Positions 51,365 to 63,350 of a stretch of 64,000 nucleotides of DNA are shown piece by piece. Within the stretch, counting starts at the first letter, position 1, and each line of letters opens with the position of its first letter. The DNA is from Catajapyx aquilonaris. Taxonomy: Eukaryota. The translations under genes were made by a program, and so were the position numbers. The stretch lies in assembly GCA_000934665.2 (NCBI GenBank), contig JYFJ02001846.1, forward strand, positions 1-64,000, in the 5' to 3' direction. The notes beneath the pieces are model-generated. The model was not told the origin of the DNA. It saw nothing but the letters and a program-made list of their open reading frames with translations, and searched no databases.

Positions 51365-52075
51365 AGCATCCAACAATTGCAAGAAGACTTACGGAATTGG
51401 CCCAGCCACGTTTTTGGCAACCACGCCAAATGCAGAGATTCATATTGCAAGAGGAAAGACTTGGGAGAGGAGAATTATGTACAGGAAGTGAAGAAGGCCG
51501 GGGTGTACCAAGAGGTCATGGCTCTGGTGAATTCCTTGGTGAGTAAAGCTGGTCGTCTGCTCCCCAACAACACCAGCAACAGCGCTGAGCACTTCATGAG
51601 TTTGGTTGCCAAGTACGTTGGAGAGAAGAGGATAAATTACAGGCGCAAAGGGGGATACACAAGAAGGTGCATGGGTGCAGGAATGGCCCTCTCAAGTGGA
51701 CCATCTTGGCATTTGTCTCCTCTCCGGCGTGCGCTACAACGTAAGTCTCGGGGTCTTCACCAAACGCCTGATGCAGAGACGTGAGAAGAGGAGAGGTTCC
51801 ACCGCCAAGTCCCGACGGAAGGTGCCATTTCTTCCCAGAGACAAAACCAAGACAGCAACGAGGCCACAAGAAACTCTGCGTGATTATGGCAAATCTGCTG
51901 CAGAGCCGGACTTTACACAAGAAGAAATGGAGATTGGCTGTCGGGCAAAACTGGTCGAGCTCCAAGTAAGTGAAGAAGATCAAGCAGACATCGAGAAATC
52001 AACACGGCTACAAAGTCAGTCCCACGTATGGGGCACTCACCGTCGTCCTCGCTTGACGGCGTCAAACTTCGGAGA
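51365..52075 (+). pseudogene. Mutator-like transposase C-terminus fused to a YqaJ N-terminus
   Basis: DLRNWPSHVFGNHAKC..YC, NTSNSAEHFMSLVAK..GEKRINY, DYG..A.EPD, IEKSTRLQSQSHVW..HRR.RLTASNFG. Confidence 0.75.
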
Positions 52076-52089
52076 GGGTCCAAATTGAA

Positions 52090-53557
52090 ACTAATTATTG
52101 TCACTATTTTGTGTCGATATGTTCTTGTCAAAAAATATGGACTGAGTGTGATTCTTAAGCCACTGATAGAAGAGATCAAAGAATTGAAAGACACAGGTGT
52201 CAATATTTGTCTGGGAAGTGAAATTAGAACATTCAAGGGCACTGTGATTAGCATCCTTGCTGACAACCTCGGGCACATACTATTGGTGGTTATGTGGCAA
52301 ATTTCAGCTCATCTTTAAGAGTGTGCAGATTTTGTATGATTACCAATGAAGAAGCAAGGGTATGTGTAGATAATCAGGAATGACAACTTAGAGGCAGAGA
52401 TTTATATGAGGAACATATGCAGTCGGTAGAGGATGATGAAACATTGAGCAGTGTTTACGGATTAAAAAGTAGATCTGCTTTCAGCCAGCTGGCCCACGCT
52501 CACATTACTGAACTTCTTCCTCCAGATGTACTCCATGACCTCATGGAAGGCGTTATCCCTGCAGTAGTAACTTTGATGTTAAAAGTGGGTCATGACAAAA
52601 AAATACTTACTCTACAAGTCGTGAACAACATATTTGAGTGCTTCCCTTTTAAAGGCACAGATGGACGATCCAGACCAAAACCCATGTTGAGTTATACTGC
52701 CTTCAGACAAACACGTAGTCAAGCTTGGTGCGTCATCAGATTCTTTCCCCTGCTCTTTGGTGAGTTTGTGCCACAACAAGAACCAATGTGGGAAGTGATA
52801 CTTTCTCTTCATAATCTAGAAACTTACTGCATGGCTCCATGCCTCACTCCTGCAATGGCCAATAACCTAGCCGTAGTGATTCGGGAATTTCTGGAGAGGT
52901 ACAAAGATATTTCTGGCTCTCGAATGACTCATAAATTTCACTACTTGTTACATTACCCTTCAATTATTAAAAAAATCGGTCCAGTAGTCACATGTAGCAC
53001 AATACGATATGAGGCAAAACATGGTGAACTTAAGGAATGGGCCCACAGGACAAAAAATAGGAAAAACATTTCACTGACACTTGCTAAACGTCACCAGAAC
53101 CATCAGCAGTATTTGTGGGCATCAAAGTTGCTGCAATCAGTTGGGAGATATGAAAAGGATTTAAAAAAAGACTGTCAGCAATTTGAAACATGTATGTGTA
53201 CAACAAAAGTTGCAGGAGTCTGGGTGCAGTAGGAATGATGAGATAACAATTTGCTCTCATATTGATTTTTGTGGGACAGAGTATCGATGTGGCATGGTTG
53301 TCATTGCAAAGGTTACTGATTACGAACCGTAATTTCACTCGATTCTTAACATCTACAGCATCAAGGAAGAAGTTGTCTTTTTGCTACATGAAAGGCAGGG
53401 CCATTATGACCGCCACTTTGCTGCTCATGTTTTGGAAGAAACGAATGCTCGCTCAGCAGTACATGTCAGTGAATTGAGGACTTTCTTGCCACTTAATGTG
53501 TACACAGTGAATGGAAAACAATGTGTCGTTCTAAAAGTAATGTATCCAATCCATTAA
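52090..53557 (+). pseudogene. CACTA/EnSpm transposase, long remnant
   Basis: ILADNLGH, VCRFC, PPDVLHDLMEGV, THKFHYLLHYP..I..IGP..STIRYEAKH, LAKRHQ; frameshifts and stops. Confidence 0.9.
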
Positions 53558-54520
53558 CCCTTAACTAGTATCATGGGGTCTTTTTTGACCGCAAGCTTAC
53601 GAGAATATTAACAGTGTCAAGTTATATCCTGGAATGGACCTTATCGGAGCTACCTTCATCGCTTCCATTTGGGAGGAGATCATGTGGGGGATGCATCAGA
53701 AGACAACGGAGATGGTGGGGATCACATAATAGATGATAACCAGAATGATTCTGATGATGCGCGGTGCCAGTGTGGAGACGGAGTTCAGACTGCAGCTCAT
53801 ATCATCTGGAGCTGCAATATCCCAGAAATAGCAGCTGCCCGGGGAGAGCTTCGCCGGACATCTGTTTCTAGAGGATTAGGATGGCCCTGTTCGAAGAGGG
53901 CTCTGGTGGAAGATTTGCTGCCTGAGTTCAATCGTTTCTCTCTGGCAGTGGACCGAAAATTGTCACCTCAATGCAGGAAGAGGCTGGAGTAAGCTACGGG
54001 AGGTGTCGTCTGATGCCAACCCAAAGAAGTAGAGGAAGAAGAGTACGCTATACGGGGTAGACCAGATCTAATCCAGAGAAGAAAGACACGCGAATAATTT
54101 TGAGTGTGCATAATGTGAATTGGAATATTGCTAATTTGACTATTTATTGAATAAAGCATGGTGATGGGTGCAGGGCCTGTCTAGGCTAGTCACCTTAAAC
54201 CTCTCGACAGTGTCAAGTTACTCATTAATTAAAAGCCAAATGCCTTTGTGTATACCTCAAACGTATCTTTGCCAAGGGGGTAACCACTCGACTGAAAAGT
54301 GTACACTGGAGTACCAAATTCAAGGAGTACCCCGGAGTATACCAAGGAGTACCACTCGCAGGTGTACACCGGAGTACCGAAGTGGTCACCCCCTTGATCT
54401 TTGCCTATGTGGTCTTTGAAAATGGAAAAATTTAAAAAAAAATCTGGGCCATCAAAAAACAGCTGTAAGCACGGTGGGTGCATCAGGGGTCAATAAAGAC
54501 CCCATGATACTAGTTACGTT
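53558..54520. mobile_element. piggyBac-like non-autonomous element
   Basis: TTAA|CCCTTAACTAGTATCATGGGGTCTTTTTTGACC vs reverse complement of 54488-54520 (29/33), followed by TGAA; GGAGTACC subterminal repeats at 54300-54380. Confidence 0.75.
53615..54155 (+). pseudogene. R1-like LINE C-terminus and 3' UTR inside the piggyBac-like element
   Basis: GPYRSYLHRFHL...CQCGDGVQTAAHIIWSC; AATAAA ~54150. Confidence 0.65.
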
Positions 54521-55399
54521 TGAATTCCTCATTACTCTTGCATTCATGTCTTCAAATGAGCATCTTCTAGTCTTTCATTCTTAAGATCATTGCATCTTCC
54601 TCTGTTCACTTTTGAATTTGCAACTTCAGATTGCCCATAACAGATACCATGCCCACACCAAACCACACACCAACACCCACACACACACACACACCCATGT
54701 GAATGACCTATAACGTCCATCTCAACACAGACAGGGTAGGTGAACGTCTACTCTAAATTGTATGTGTATTGTTATTTCCTTGAAAAAATTGCCCAATTTA
54801 ATTGCAAGAACTAATGTAGTTTACAATAATGTTTTCCAGCGACTGCCATGTAACATGCGGGGCGAAAAAGAAAGTTATTCGCACTGCCACCCGAAACGTC
54901 AGGGACATCTCCCTATCAATTAAAAATGCCTTCTCGGTAAGTGAAATGCATGAATACATCATAATATAATCTGGACAGCCATTACTGGCTCCATTTGTGA
55001 CATTGATTTGAAATAATTATATTCACATGATAATTATGTGCTCCTGTTATTGTACTACAGCTCGCATGTCTTCCTCAAGTACAAGTGTTTCATGAAAAGT
55101 ATGGAGATTGGGTGGATGTAGAGGAAGGAGAGGAGGTTCCTCCTACAGCCAGGAAACTACTTGTAGTTGAAGACGAGTATGAATGAAGGGAATGTTATCA
55201 TGATAATAATGCATGATAGTAAATACTTTTGCAATTCGACAAGGACACTATATGACATTCTCATCCATTTCAGGACATCAGAAAATGCAACAGTAATGGA
55301 GCCGGCATTTTCGGACACAACGTTAGTATATTTTATATAATGCTTTGTTGCAATTTTCAATTGAATTATTAACTAATTATATCTAACACGAAGCTGCTA

Positions 55400-55530
55400 G
55401 ATGTATACTTGTACTTCCCAATACCAGGGCATAGTTTCATGCCAATTGATCGAGCATTCGCCAAGATTGAAAAATGCAGAAGGAAGAAAGACAATGCCAC
55501 AGTACCATCCACATGGATTCAAACTAGGGG
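55400..55530 (+). pseudogene. Sola1 transposase catalytic fragment
   Basis: YFPIPGHSFMPIDRAFAKIEKCRRKK. Confidence 0.75.
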
Positions 55531-55539
55531 TGCAATGGC

Positions 55540-55850
55540 AGAGTGGCTGTGTCTTCAATAATATAACATTACTCCAGGCTTTGAAAAGTGGGACACTAAA
55601 CGTTCCCAGCAATCATCCCAATTACATGATCGGCGACGCTGCATTCCCAATGAAGCCGTACCTTATGAAGCCATATGGTGGGGCAAACTGGCAGCTGTAC
55701 GAGGAGGAGAAGATATTTAATTACAGGTTAATCACGGGCGAGAAATGTTGTCGAAAATGCGTTCGGCATACTGGCGGCACGCTGCCGAGTTCTGCTGACT
55801 TCCATCCGAACAAAGGTGGAGACAACATATCTCATTGTACAAGCATGCTG
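55540..55850 (+). pseudogene. Harbinger transposase C-terminal fragment
   Basis: MIGDAAFPMKPYLMKPY...KIFNYRL, frameshift, SRARNVVENAFGILAAR. Confidence 0.88.
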
Positions 55851-56093
55851 AAGGAGTTCCTCCAAATACTACAGCCTTCAGAAGGGAAAGTATTCAGTTC
55901 AGTGTACTTTCTTCACCAGAAATCTCATTGTCCTCAATGTCCCTGAAGTCTGCTACAAAGCTCATCCTATTGGTTTTGGAATTTTGCTTTTAAAGTGCTG
56001 GGGCACTGAGGAGTTGGCTTGAGAATCGGTCTAGTCAGTCAGTTTCGGTCGGGCTACAAGTGCGAAGTGTGGGAACGTGTCACGGTTGTAGCA

Positions 56094-56411
56094 ATGGCAG
56101 CGTCGAAAGAGGACACTTATAGATTTGTGGAGCTGTACCAGCTCCACACTTGCTTGTGGGCAGTGACCAGCGAGGATTACCGCAATAGGTTAAAGCGTGA
56201 CGCCGCGGACCAGGCCATCGGAGAGAGCATACAGATGACAATACCAGCGGTCAAGAAAAAAATCCAAAGCCTGAGGACAACATACTCCCAAGAGAGAAAG
56301 AAGCCAGCTGTCCATCTGGACCAGGGACGGAGGATGTGTATGAACCTACCATCCAGTGGTACAATCTAATGGATTCATTTATCCGAATACAAACAAGCCT
56401 CCAGGCCATCT
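56094..56411 (+). pseudogene. MADF-domain (Harbinger accessory) gene, N-terminal part
   Basis: FVELYQLHTCLWAVTSEDYRNRLKRDAA...VKKKIQSLRTTYSQERKK..SGPGTEDVYEPTIQWY. Confidence 0.85.
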
Positions 56412-56464
56412 AAAAAAGAATACAAGGAAAAAGTCCTTGACGTCAAAGGCGTAAAAATGCTAAC

Positions 56465-56792
56465 CCAGAAGAAACTCTTTCAAGAGTTTGCAGTGAAAAT
56501 ATGTGAGAGGTTTTCTACCAGCTACACTTCGCAGCAGGTTGGCGTTGCTGAGACCAAGTGTGGAAGTAAACTTGAGTCCTTTTAGCTGACATAGGACTAA
56601 TCAGATGTTACTGACTGCATCACTCAATCTCCTCTGTTGATAGCATGTTGCAACAATACATGATGATGACTAAGAGTTCTCCTTCTGTCACAGGTCCTGA
56701 ATAAGTGGAAAATCATGGTGAGGGCCTACGAAAAGGCTGAAAAGCACAACTCACAGACTGGGAGGGACAGGGTGGAGTGCGAATTTGAACAG
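56465..56792 (+). pseudogene. Myb/SANT-like accessory gene exons
   Basis: KKLFQEFA...YTSQQ, an intron, VLNKWKIMVRAYEKAEKHNSQTGRDRVECEF. Confidence 0.6.
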
Positions 56793-58552
56793 TGAGTAAG
56801 CTCATACATGCTAGACCAATACCACATTCCCAAGGATGCTGTAAATTCACCTGGCCACAATCATTAATAAGTATATTAACATTTAAATGGTCCTGTTGCA
56901 ATGTTTGCCCAGTGGAAAATTTGGCAATGACGAAGGTGAGTTGCAGAATAATTGAACTTGTCATGACCTTTTAGGGAACTCCTGGCTAAGGAGCCCACAA
57001 CAAGCCCTGTCCTCATGGGCCCAGGTCAAGTTGAAGGTAGGGATAAAAGGTTAGCAATGAGACAGTTCCTGCTCCACAACACTCCAACACTCCCAACACT
57101 CGTTCCTATAGGTCTTCTTTTGTTTGCTCCAAGTCCCTCCCGGCACAGGTTATGTACGTGCGTCAAAGGGCACTTGAAGCTAGCGAAAGTGGGCCCAAAG
57201 GAAAATGGGGATGAGTAGTTTTTCACTGGCATGGCAGAACACCGGTCTGATTGCTACATGACCATCTGCACTCGCTGTCTTTCATCAATCTCCACAGGCC
57301 ACATGCTGCCTTGTGGCTGATGTGCAAATGTCGAGTGCATATAGGGGGTGTGGCTAATGAAGTAACGCACACTTGCTTACTAGGTATTGCAGCAATTTTG
57401 CAATACAGCTTTCAGATATCAGTTCAAATTACGCCTAATGTGCGCTAATGCTGTAGTGTAAATGTTTTGTGCAATGCAAGGGTTATGTTAGAACACACCA
57501 TTAATGATAAATTTAATTACGGCCATAAGACATTGGAACTTAATTTTTCAAACACCCACACTTGACCTTCGTCTCTTGCAGGTTGTGAGTGAGTCTCGTG
57601 AGCACCCAGTAAACGTGCTGATTGTAGAGGTATGAGGTTACATTTCAATTACTTCCGTCAATGTTGAAACCTGTCTGAAGAACGTCAACCACCCTTAATT
57701 ATTCTCATTGGATCAGTCACTTTAATAGTCCAGTGGTTTTAGCACAGTGCAGATATTAAGTGGGCGAAAAATTAGTCGGCAGCTGGGTGGAAGTTATTTG
57801 TTCTGTTGGTGCAAATTTCAGGATTCGGACCATGAACTGGAGGTGCCTCATGTCCCAGATGTCACACCTCAAACATCCAAGACCCCTGATCCATGGACTG
57901 GGAGAAGGCGCCCAGCTAAACCATGTCAAGCCACAAAGCGGCAAGCAGCTTCCGCTTTTCTGCATCTGACATGGACTGACATGGACGAGCGGCTAATAAA
58001 AGAGGAGGAAGAGGTGTCAAGGCAGCGACGGGAGCTACATCAAATGAAAATGGCAGTGCAAGCTAGAAAACTGAAATATTTCCGTAATAAAAAGTAGTTG
58101 AAAAATTTAGTTCCCACAGTGTTTACCAAACAGTGCGGTTACTTGAATCCCTTCCTGCACAATAAATTTGTTTAAAATATGTTTTTAAATGTCTGTGTGA
58201 GTGACGCCAGGTTTGTGTAGCTAGATGCATGTGGGAAGGGAACGTCCTAAGATGACATTTGATATGCTCCGCCCTGGCCTGGGCTTCCACTGACTCCTAT
58301 GGTCAGTGCTAGGAAACCCTTCTCCACTCCAACCTGTTCTATACCCACATGTGTGGCCTCATCGATACTCTTTGAGTCCTTAATGGACGCTGTACCGGGC
58401 GGTGCAGACACTCGGCTGGTCCAGTCAACTTCATAGGGACGACGGGCTTAGGTGGCAGCAGAGTCGAAATTGCTCCTACCGACCGAGTCGGCAAACACTA
58501 CCGGGATTCTTCTGCAGACGAAAAGTGTCAGCTAGCCTATTCATCATGGGGG

Positions 58553-58774
58553 ATGGGGGATGCTGTGCAGATCCATTTACGATGCGGATTTAAGCCCATG
58601 GATGGTGTATCCCGGTACTTTCGACCTGCTACTCTGAAGAAAGGCTTGAGCTTGAAGTCTGCAGGCCACATTGAGGATGTGACACAAGTGATTCGGGGCC
58701 ATGGCGGAGAAGTTACTGGAAAATGTGTTCCCCAAATGAGGGTTCAGGCGGCACGCTATGACGTGAACTTGGAG
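58553..58774 (+). pseudogene. First exon of an ISL2EU-type YqaJ/SWIM gene
   Basis: LKKGLSLKSAGHIEDV...VTGKCVPQMR...YDVNLE then GT donor. Confidence 0.55.
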
Positions 58775-59168
58775 GTAGGCCATAATAAATGAACCTCTCT
58801 AACCTTCTAAAATTCTGAAAGCCCATTACTCTATGCATGTTAAAATGAGATGTAATTGAAGGGCTTGGTGCAAGAAGGGGATAAATCCAATTTTGGTTGG
58901 AAGGACTTTATTGGCCGCTCGGATAGGGGGAAAAAAAGGCCGATCGCTTGGTGCAAGAATGGGAGTCATCCGGCTGGAAACGAGCATGTCATAAAGGCTG
59001 TGGATATATACCCCAGCTCCCTTTGGTAGTAAGAAGGGGGCAGATCCGGGATGTACCCCTTTCTTGCGCCCGAAAGTTTCAGCATTGCAGTTATTTGCTG
59101 CCTGGGCACCGCGGTCCCCTTGCCCCTGGTCGCAAAAGCCAAACATGGATGCCAATAAAGGCGTGCAG

Positions 59169-59550
59169 ATGGACGAGTTGCGAGATTTGTCTGATTCGGG
59201 GAGTGACTACGTGCCTTCCGGAGATGACAGTGACAGTGAGGAGTCGTCTGATGAGGAGCCATCTGCAGAGGAGCCATCAGGGTCTGGTGACACTGGTGCC
59301 CAGCATGTATATGAAAAACGTCGGACAAGGAACCCAGGGAAGTGGCAGAGGTCCTTGCGGAAAACGAAACTCGCCAAAGGGGAGGCTCATATTAACTCCG
59401 CCAGTGTTGCAGTGGAGGCCAGGAAGCCTGCCACACAGTGCGAGTATAAGAAACAGTGCTTGTCGGCTTTGACGGATGACCTAAAACAGTTGATACTCGC
59501 ATCGTTCAACTCCATTGGTGACTTTCACAAGCAGAACATATATCTCAAAA
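59169..59550 (+). pseudogene. Sola1 transposase N-terminus
   Basis: SDSGSDYVPS acidic tract; KRRTRNPGKWQRSLRKTKLAKGEAHI...QCEYKKQC...ILASFNSIGDFHKQNIYL. Confidence 0.75.
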
Positions 59551-59639
59551 CGGCCCGATGTGTAATAAAATTTACTACAGAGAAACTACTGGGTGCTGAA
59601 GCTGTTGCGAAGGGCCTGCAAAAGATGGTTCGTAATTTC

Positions 59640-60175
59640 GCTATCAACCCTTGGGGCAAGGTTCGGGGTAAGACTTGGGCTTCTAGTCGATGTTGTAAAA
59701 CAAGGCGGAGGTACAGTAATACTAACGACGGAAATACCGCTACGAGGTTTTTCGCCAACAGCTCCAAGTCTGCATCGATTACGGGGATTGACGAGTACAT
59801 TGTGCAGAAACTGGGAACAATATTGAAGGCTGTCTCAAGTGGGTATCCCATTGACGCCAGTAAATTCAAGGACTACTGCCTCGAGACAGCAAATTTATTG
59901 GTGAAAGCATACCCCTGGTATCCTACGCCAGTATATAGGCTGTATATAGGCTCCTTTTACACGGGCCTCAGATTATTGCCATGTCCGGCCTGCCAGTTGG
60001 TCTGCTGTCAGAGGAACCTCAGGAGGCCAGAAATAAGGACTACAGATACATCAGGGAGCATCACACACGAAAGACGTCAAGGGTTGGCACAAATGAAGAC
60101 GACCTGAAAATCCTTCTTGTGTCTTCCGACCCTATCATTTCATTGACAAGGACAATGCCTCCAAAGAAGAGATGG
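59640..60175 (+). pseudogene. Transib (RAG1-core-like) transposase remnant
   Basis: LGLLVDVVKQGGG, TNDGNTATRFF...ITGIDE...YPWY, LPVGLLSEEPQEARNKDYRYIREHHTRKTSR..TNED..LLVSSDPIIS; frameshifts. Confidence 0.9.
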
Positions 60176-60499
60176 ATGCCGCTAGATATCATCTGGCTCA
60201 GTTGTTACATAGTTCAATATGGCTGATGGCTGTAATGAACATAAGTTAGGTCAATGCAGATCAAGCAGTACTTCATGTGGCCCTTCACCCGCCAGTCGTC
60301 ACGACGCCCATTGCCGAGCGACACCATTCCAGGGCATCATTATAATCCACCTTGAGAAACATTTTCAACCAAAACCAATTGTCTATTTCATTGACTCGTG
60401 GCAATCTCCTGCAGGAAACGTTTTCCCCTTACCCATCTTGGGGGCTGCTCTGGCTTCGACGCCATCTTGGATCCCTGACGGTCGACTGTAGCAGTGGGT

Positions 60500-60614
60500 A
60501 TACGAGATAGAATAGGGCACCTGGATCGGCGCGCAATAAGCCACCAAAAAAAAAATCAGCTTAAAGAGAAATTTCTTGTAACTGAAAGGACTAATATATT
60601 TGAAACACACCCTG
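60500..60614. mobile_element. Tc1/mariner-type terminus
   Basis: ...TTTGAAACACACCCTG|TA (rc CAGGGTGTGTTTCAAA). Confidence 0.45.
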
Positions 60615-60725
60615 TATATCAGTCGTGATTTTAAGAAAATTTTTGGACATTTTGCATTATGAACTGACTATATGGGGTTTCACTTTTTAAAACCTGGCTA
60701 AAGGTAGGGAAACATTATCACCAAC

Positions 60726-60811
60726 TGGATGGACTTCGCGGGTTGCCACTGCTCAAGTTCCACACCCCCAAACGCACCCTCTCAGCCTTCCGCCGAATTT
60801 GTGAGCGGGGC
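60726..60811. mobile_element. Fragment of the Harbinger MITE family seen at 18334
   Basis: Reverse complement CACAAATTCGGCGGAAGGCTGAG..GTGCGTTTGGGGG..GTGGCAA..AAGTCCATC aligns with ~18336-18431. Confidence 0.8.
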
Positions 60812-61206
60812 AAGAAACGGAAGCACTCTGACGATTCCATTGCCACCAGTGGAGGCAACATGAAGAAGCCCCGCCATGAGAAGGTAAATGATCCCAATTG
60901 GAAATATAGTGCCATTTTTAAAGGAGCTTGTTTTCACTAGATTCTTCTGATCTCAACGAGTCTTAATAGCCTTCAATACTGACAAGGGACCTTTCCTGGG
61001 TGATAATACAATGTAATGAATATAAATGATGGATTCTACTTTCTTCTATTGAGGTTTGACAGTACCATTGACTCCTGATGTAACAGCCGCATCTTTAACA
61101 TACACGAGGTAGAGTTGATTATTTCACGATGTCGATGATGCCGAAACTTCCACTATTTTACGAGAAAGACTACAGGCCTTACCTTGCAGCTACACTCTGA
61201 ACCATG

Positions 61207-62791
61207 GAAACTATACGCCGCCTTCCTTGACTTATCAAAAGCCTTTGACACGGTGAACCACGAGAAATTATGGGCAACAATGCAAATGAGCCGTATAAGC
61301 ACTCAATTTATTGCGATTGTGCGTGACATTTACAATAAGTTCCGCATCACTCCAGGCTTAGGCGAACCGGACATACATTTACATGTGGGGAATGGAGTAC
61401 TGCAGGGGGAGGTTCTTTCGCCTGTACTGTTTAATATCTATATAGCAGGCCTCGGGAGAGTTCTAACTGAATCTGGAGCTCATGGTGTGAATTTTGGAGC
61501 GAATCAGGCAGATGTACACTATTTAACCTATGCTGACGATATAGTTTTAATGGCAAGCAATCCACTACACTTGAAAAAGGCATTAGAGACCACTGTAACT
61601 TTCTTTTCCAACATGCACCTGACACTGAATATCAACAAAACCAAAGTGATGGTTTTTAGAAGAGCGGGTCGGCTACCACGAGGTCTGGTGTTCAAGGTGG
61701 CTGATCAACCACTTGAAATTGTTCCCCATTACAAATATTTAGGGGTGATTTTCTCCTCGTCGGGTAAATTTGTTAAGATGGCTGAATCTACAAAGTCCAG
61801 AGCGATAGCAACAATTAATGCTCTTTGGCCTACCTTATTAGACTACGGATACGTGACATTATGTTAGCAAAGAAGCTGTATGTGAGCCACGTTATTCCCA
61901 TTGCACAATACGCTTTTCCAACCTGGGGTACTCGGTACATGGACATTATGGAACAAATTCAGAACTCCTTTATAAAAAAGTTTTTGAGTCTTCCTAAAAG
62001 AACGGCGGGCTTTTTTATTCGGTTGGAAACTGGTATCCCACACTTGGGAATAACGTTGACAAGGCAGGTGATTAAGTTCAATCAGAAGCTTGTAAATCCA
62101 CACATTAACAAACTCCTGGTTGCAGCGTATGGATGCGCGAAGGTACAATCAGTTCAAGGGTCTGTCTCAATTGATTGGTGCAGGGATGTCAATAAGCTGC
62201 TACCCCCAGGTATCTATACTCAAATGCTCAACTCCAACCCGAGTGAGGCGCTCACCTACTTGACAGAGTTCTACGCTAAGCAAGACGAGGAACTTTTGGC
62301 CAATTCTATTTCCTATGCCCCATACTATGCAGCCAAATCTTTAAACCAACCGGAAGTGTATTGGTCTTACAATCTCCCACTAAACCCGCTGCGTACATGG
62401 ATTCGATTGCGTGGTTTACCTAAGGTTCTTTGGTTTCAAAACTATAAGTTTTCATTTGACGGTGGACCATGTGTGTGGTGTAACACGACCTCTGAATCTG
62501 ACCTTTTTCATTTACTTTTTGACTGTCCTTTTTTTGTACTCCCCGCTCTCAATACCTGGTAGATCTGCCCCGCATGCCGCCAGACGGCTTGGCTTTTGTT
62601 TTTAACAACCCTCCCAAAAAACCGATAATGGATGTGCACTATTTTTTTGTGATTGTCTTAAAAAATGTATATAATGGCTGAATAATTGGTTGTCAAAAAA
62701 AGGGAAGTGTATGTAATGACTTGGTTGCGGTGTCCCCCATAAAGGGTTAATCTTACCCTAAAGCCGGGGTACAAATAAATAAATAAATAAA
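61207..62791 (+). mobile_element. 5'-truncated LINE (RTE-X or L2/Crack/Daphne-type RT), frameshifted
   Basis: AAFLDLSKAFDTV, GVLQGEVLSPVLFNIYI, YADD, KTKVMVF, YKYLG, C-terminal CVWC..DLFHLLFDC; (TAAA)n tail; 16-bp TSD TACACTCTGAACCATG (61191-61206, 62792-62807). Confidence 0.93.
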
Positions 62792-63199
62792 TACACTCTG
62801 AACCATGAATCTTGTCATGTAAGGTAGAGGTACAAGAGTAATGAACATTGTTAAAATAAAAAATTAGAAATAATTCACTCACTTTCTTCTACACTATCCA
62901 CCATCTTGTATCCAACATGTTACTTTTTAAATTTCAGATCTCGGATGTGGATTGTGCTATTTATTATGCTCAACCGAGCTCAATCTCATGACCAGGAACA
63001 CCCCCATTTAAAATAGGTATCAAATTGATTAATTTAGGTTGGTGTGTCCGCCATATTGAAAACTGAAATTTTATCCAGATCTTCAGTATTCATCCGACAA
63101 AGTAATTTCACGAGGTGTTAAAGCCAGCTTCTTTATTAAGTAACCTAAGCACATAAATTCCATTCGAATAAGAAAATTTAGGATAGTCTCTTCACAATG

Positions 63200-63350
63200 G
63201 AAGACTTGAAATTCGACAGCGTGTAACGAACATACACAATCATGTTGCCCATTCGTAGTTTCTGTTGTAATAAGTTCTGCTTTCAGGATTTTGTAAGTTT
63301 TCCCTAAACCAATTACAGCACGCTCAATGTGGATACGCTTGGACGCCAGG
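63200..63350 (-). pseudogene. ISL2EU-type DDE transposase C-terminal fragment
   Basis: Minus strand LASKRIHIERAVIGLGKTYKILKAEL. Confidence 0.7.

Noticed and set aside
54300..54380. CRISPR-like short repeats (GGAGTACC)
   Set aside because: Irregular 8-bp subterminal repeats of a DNA transposon in eukaryotic DNA; no cas genes
56019..56369. Host MADF transcription-factor gene
   Set aside because: Frameshifted, truncated and adjacent to a Harbinger transposase; more likely a TE accessory gene
59640..60175. RAG1 gene
   Set aside because: Motifs match Transib transposase; it is frameshifted, with no RAG1 N-terminal domains or RAG2 partner
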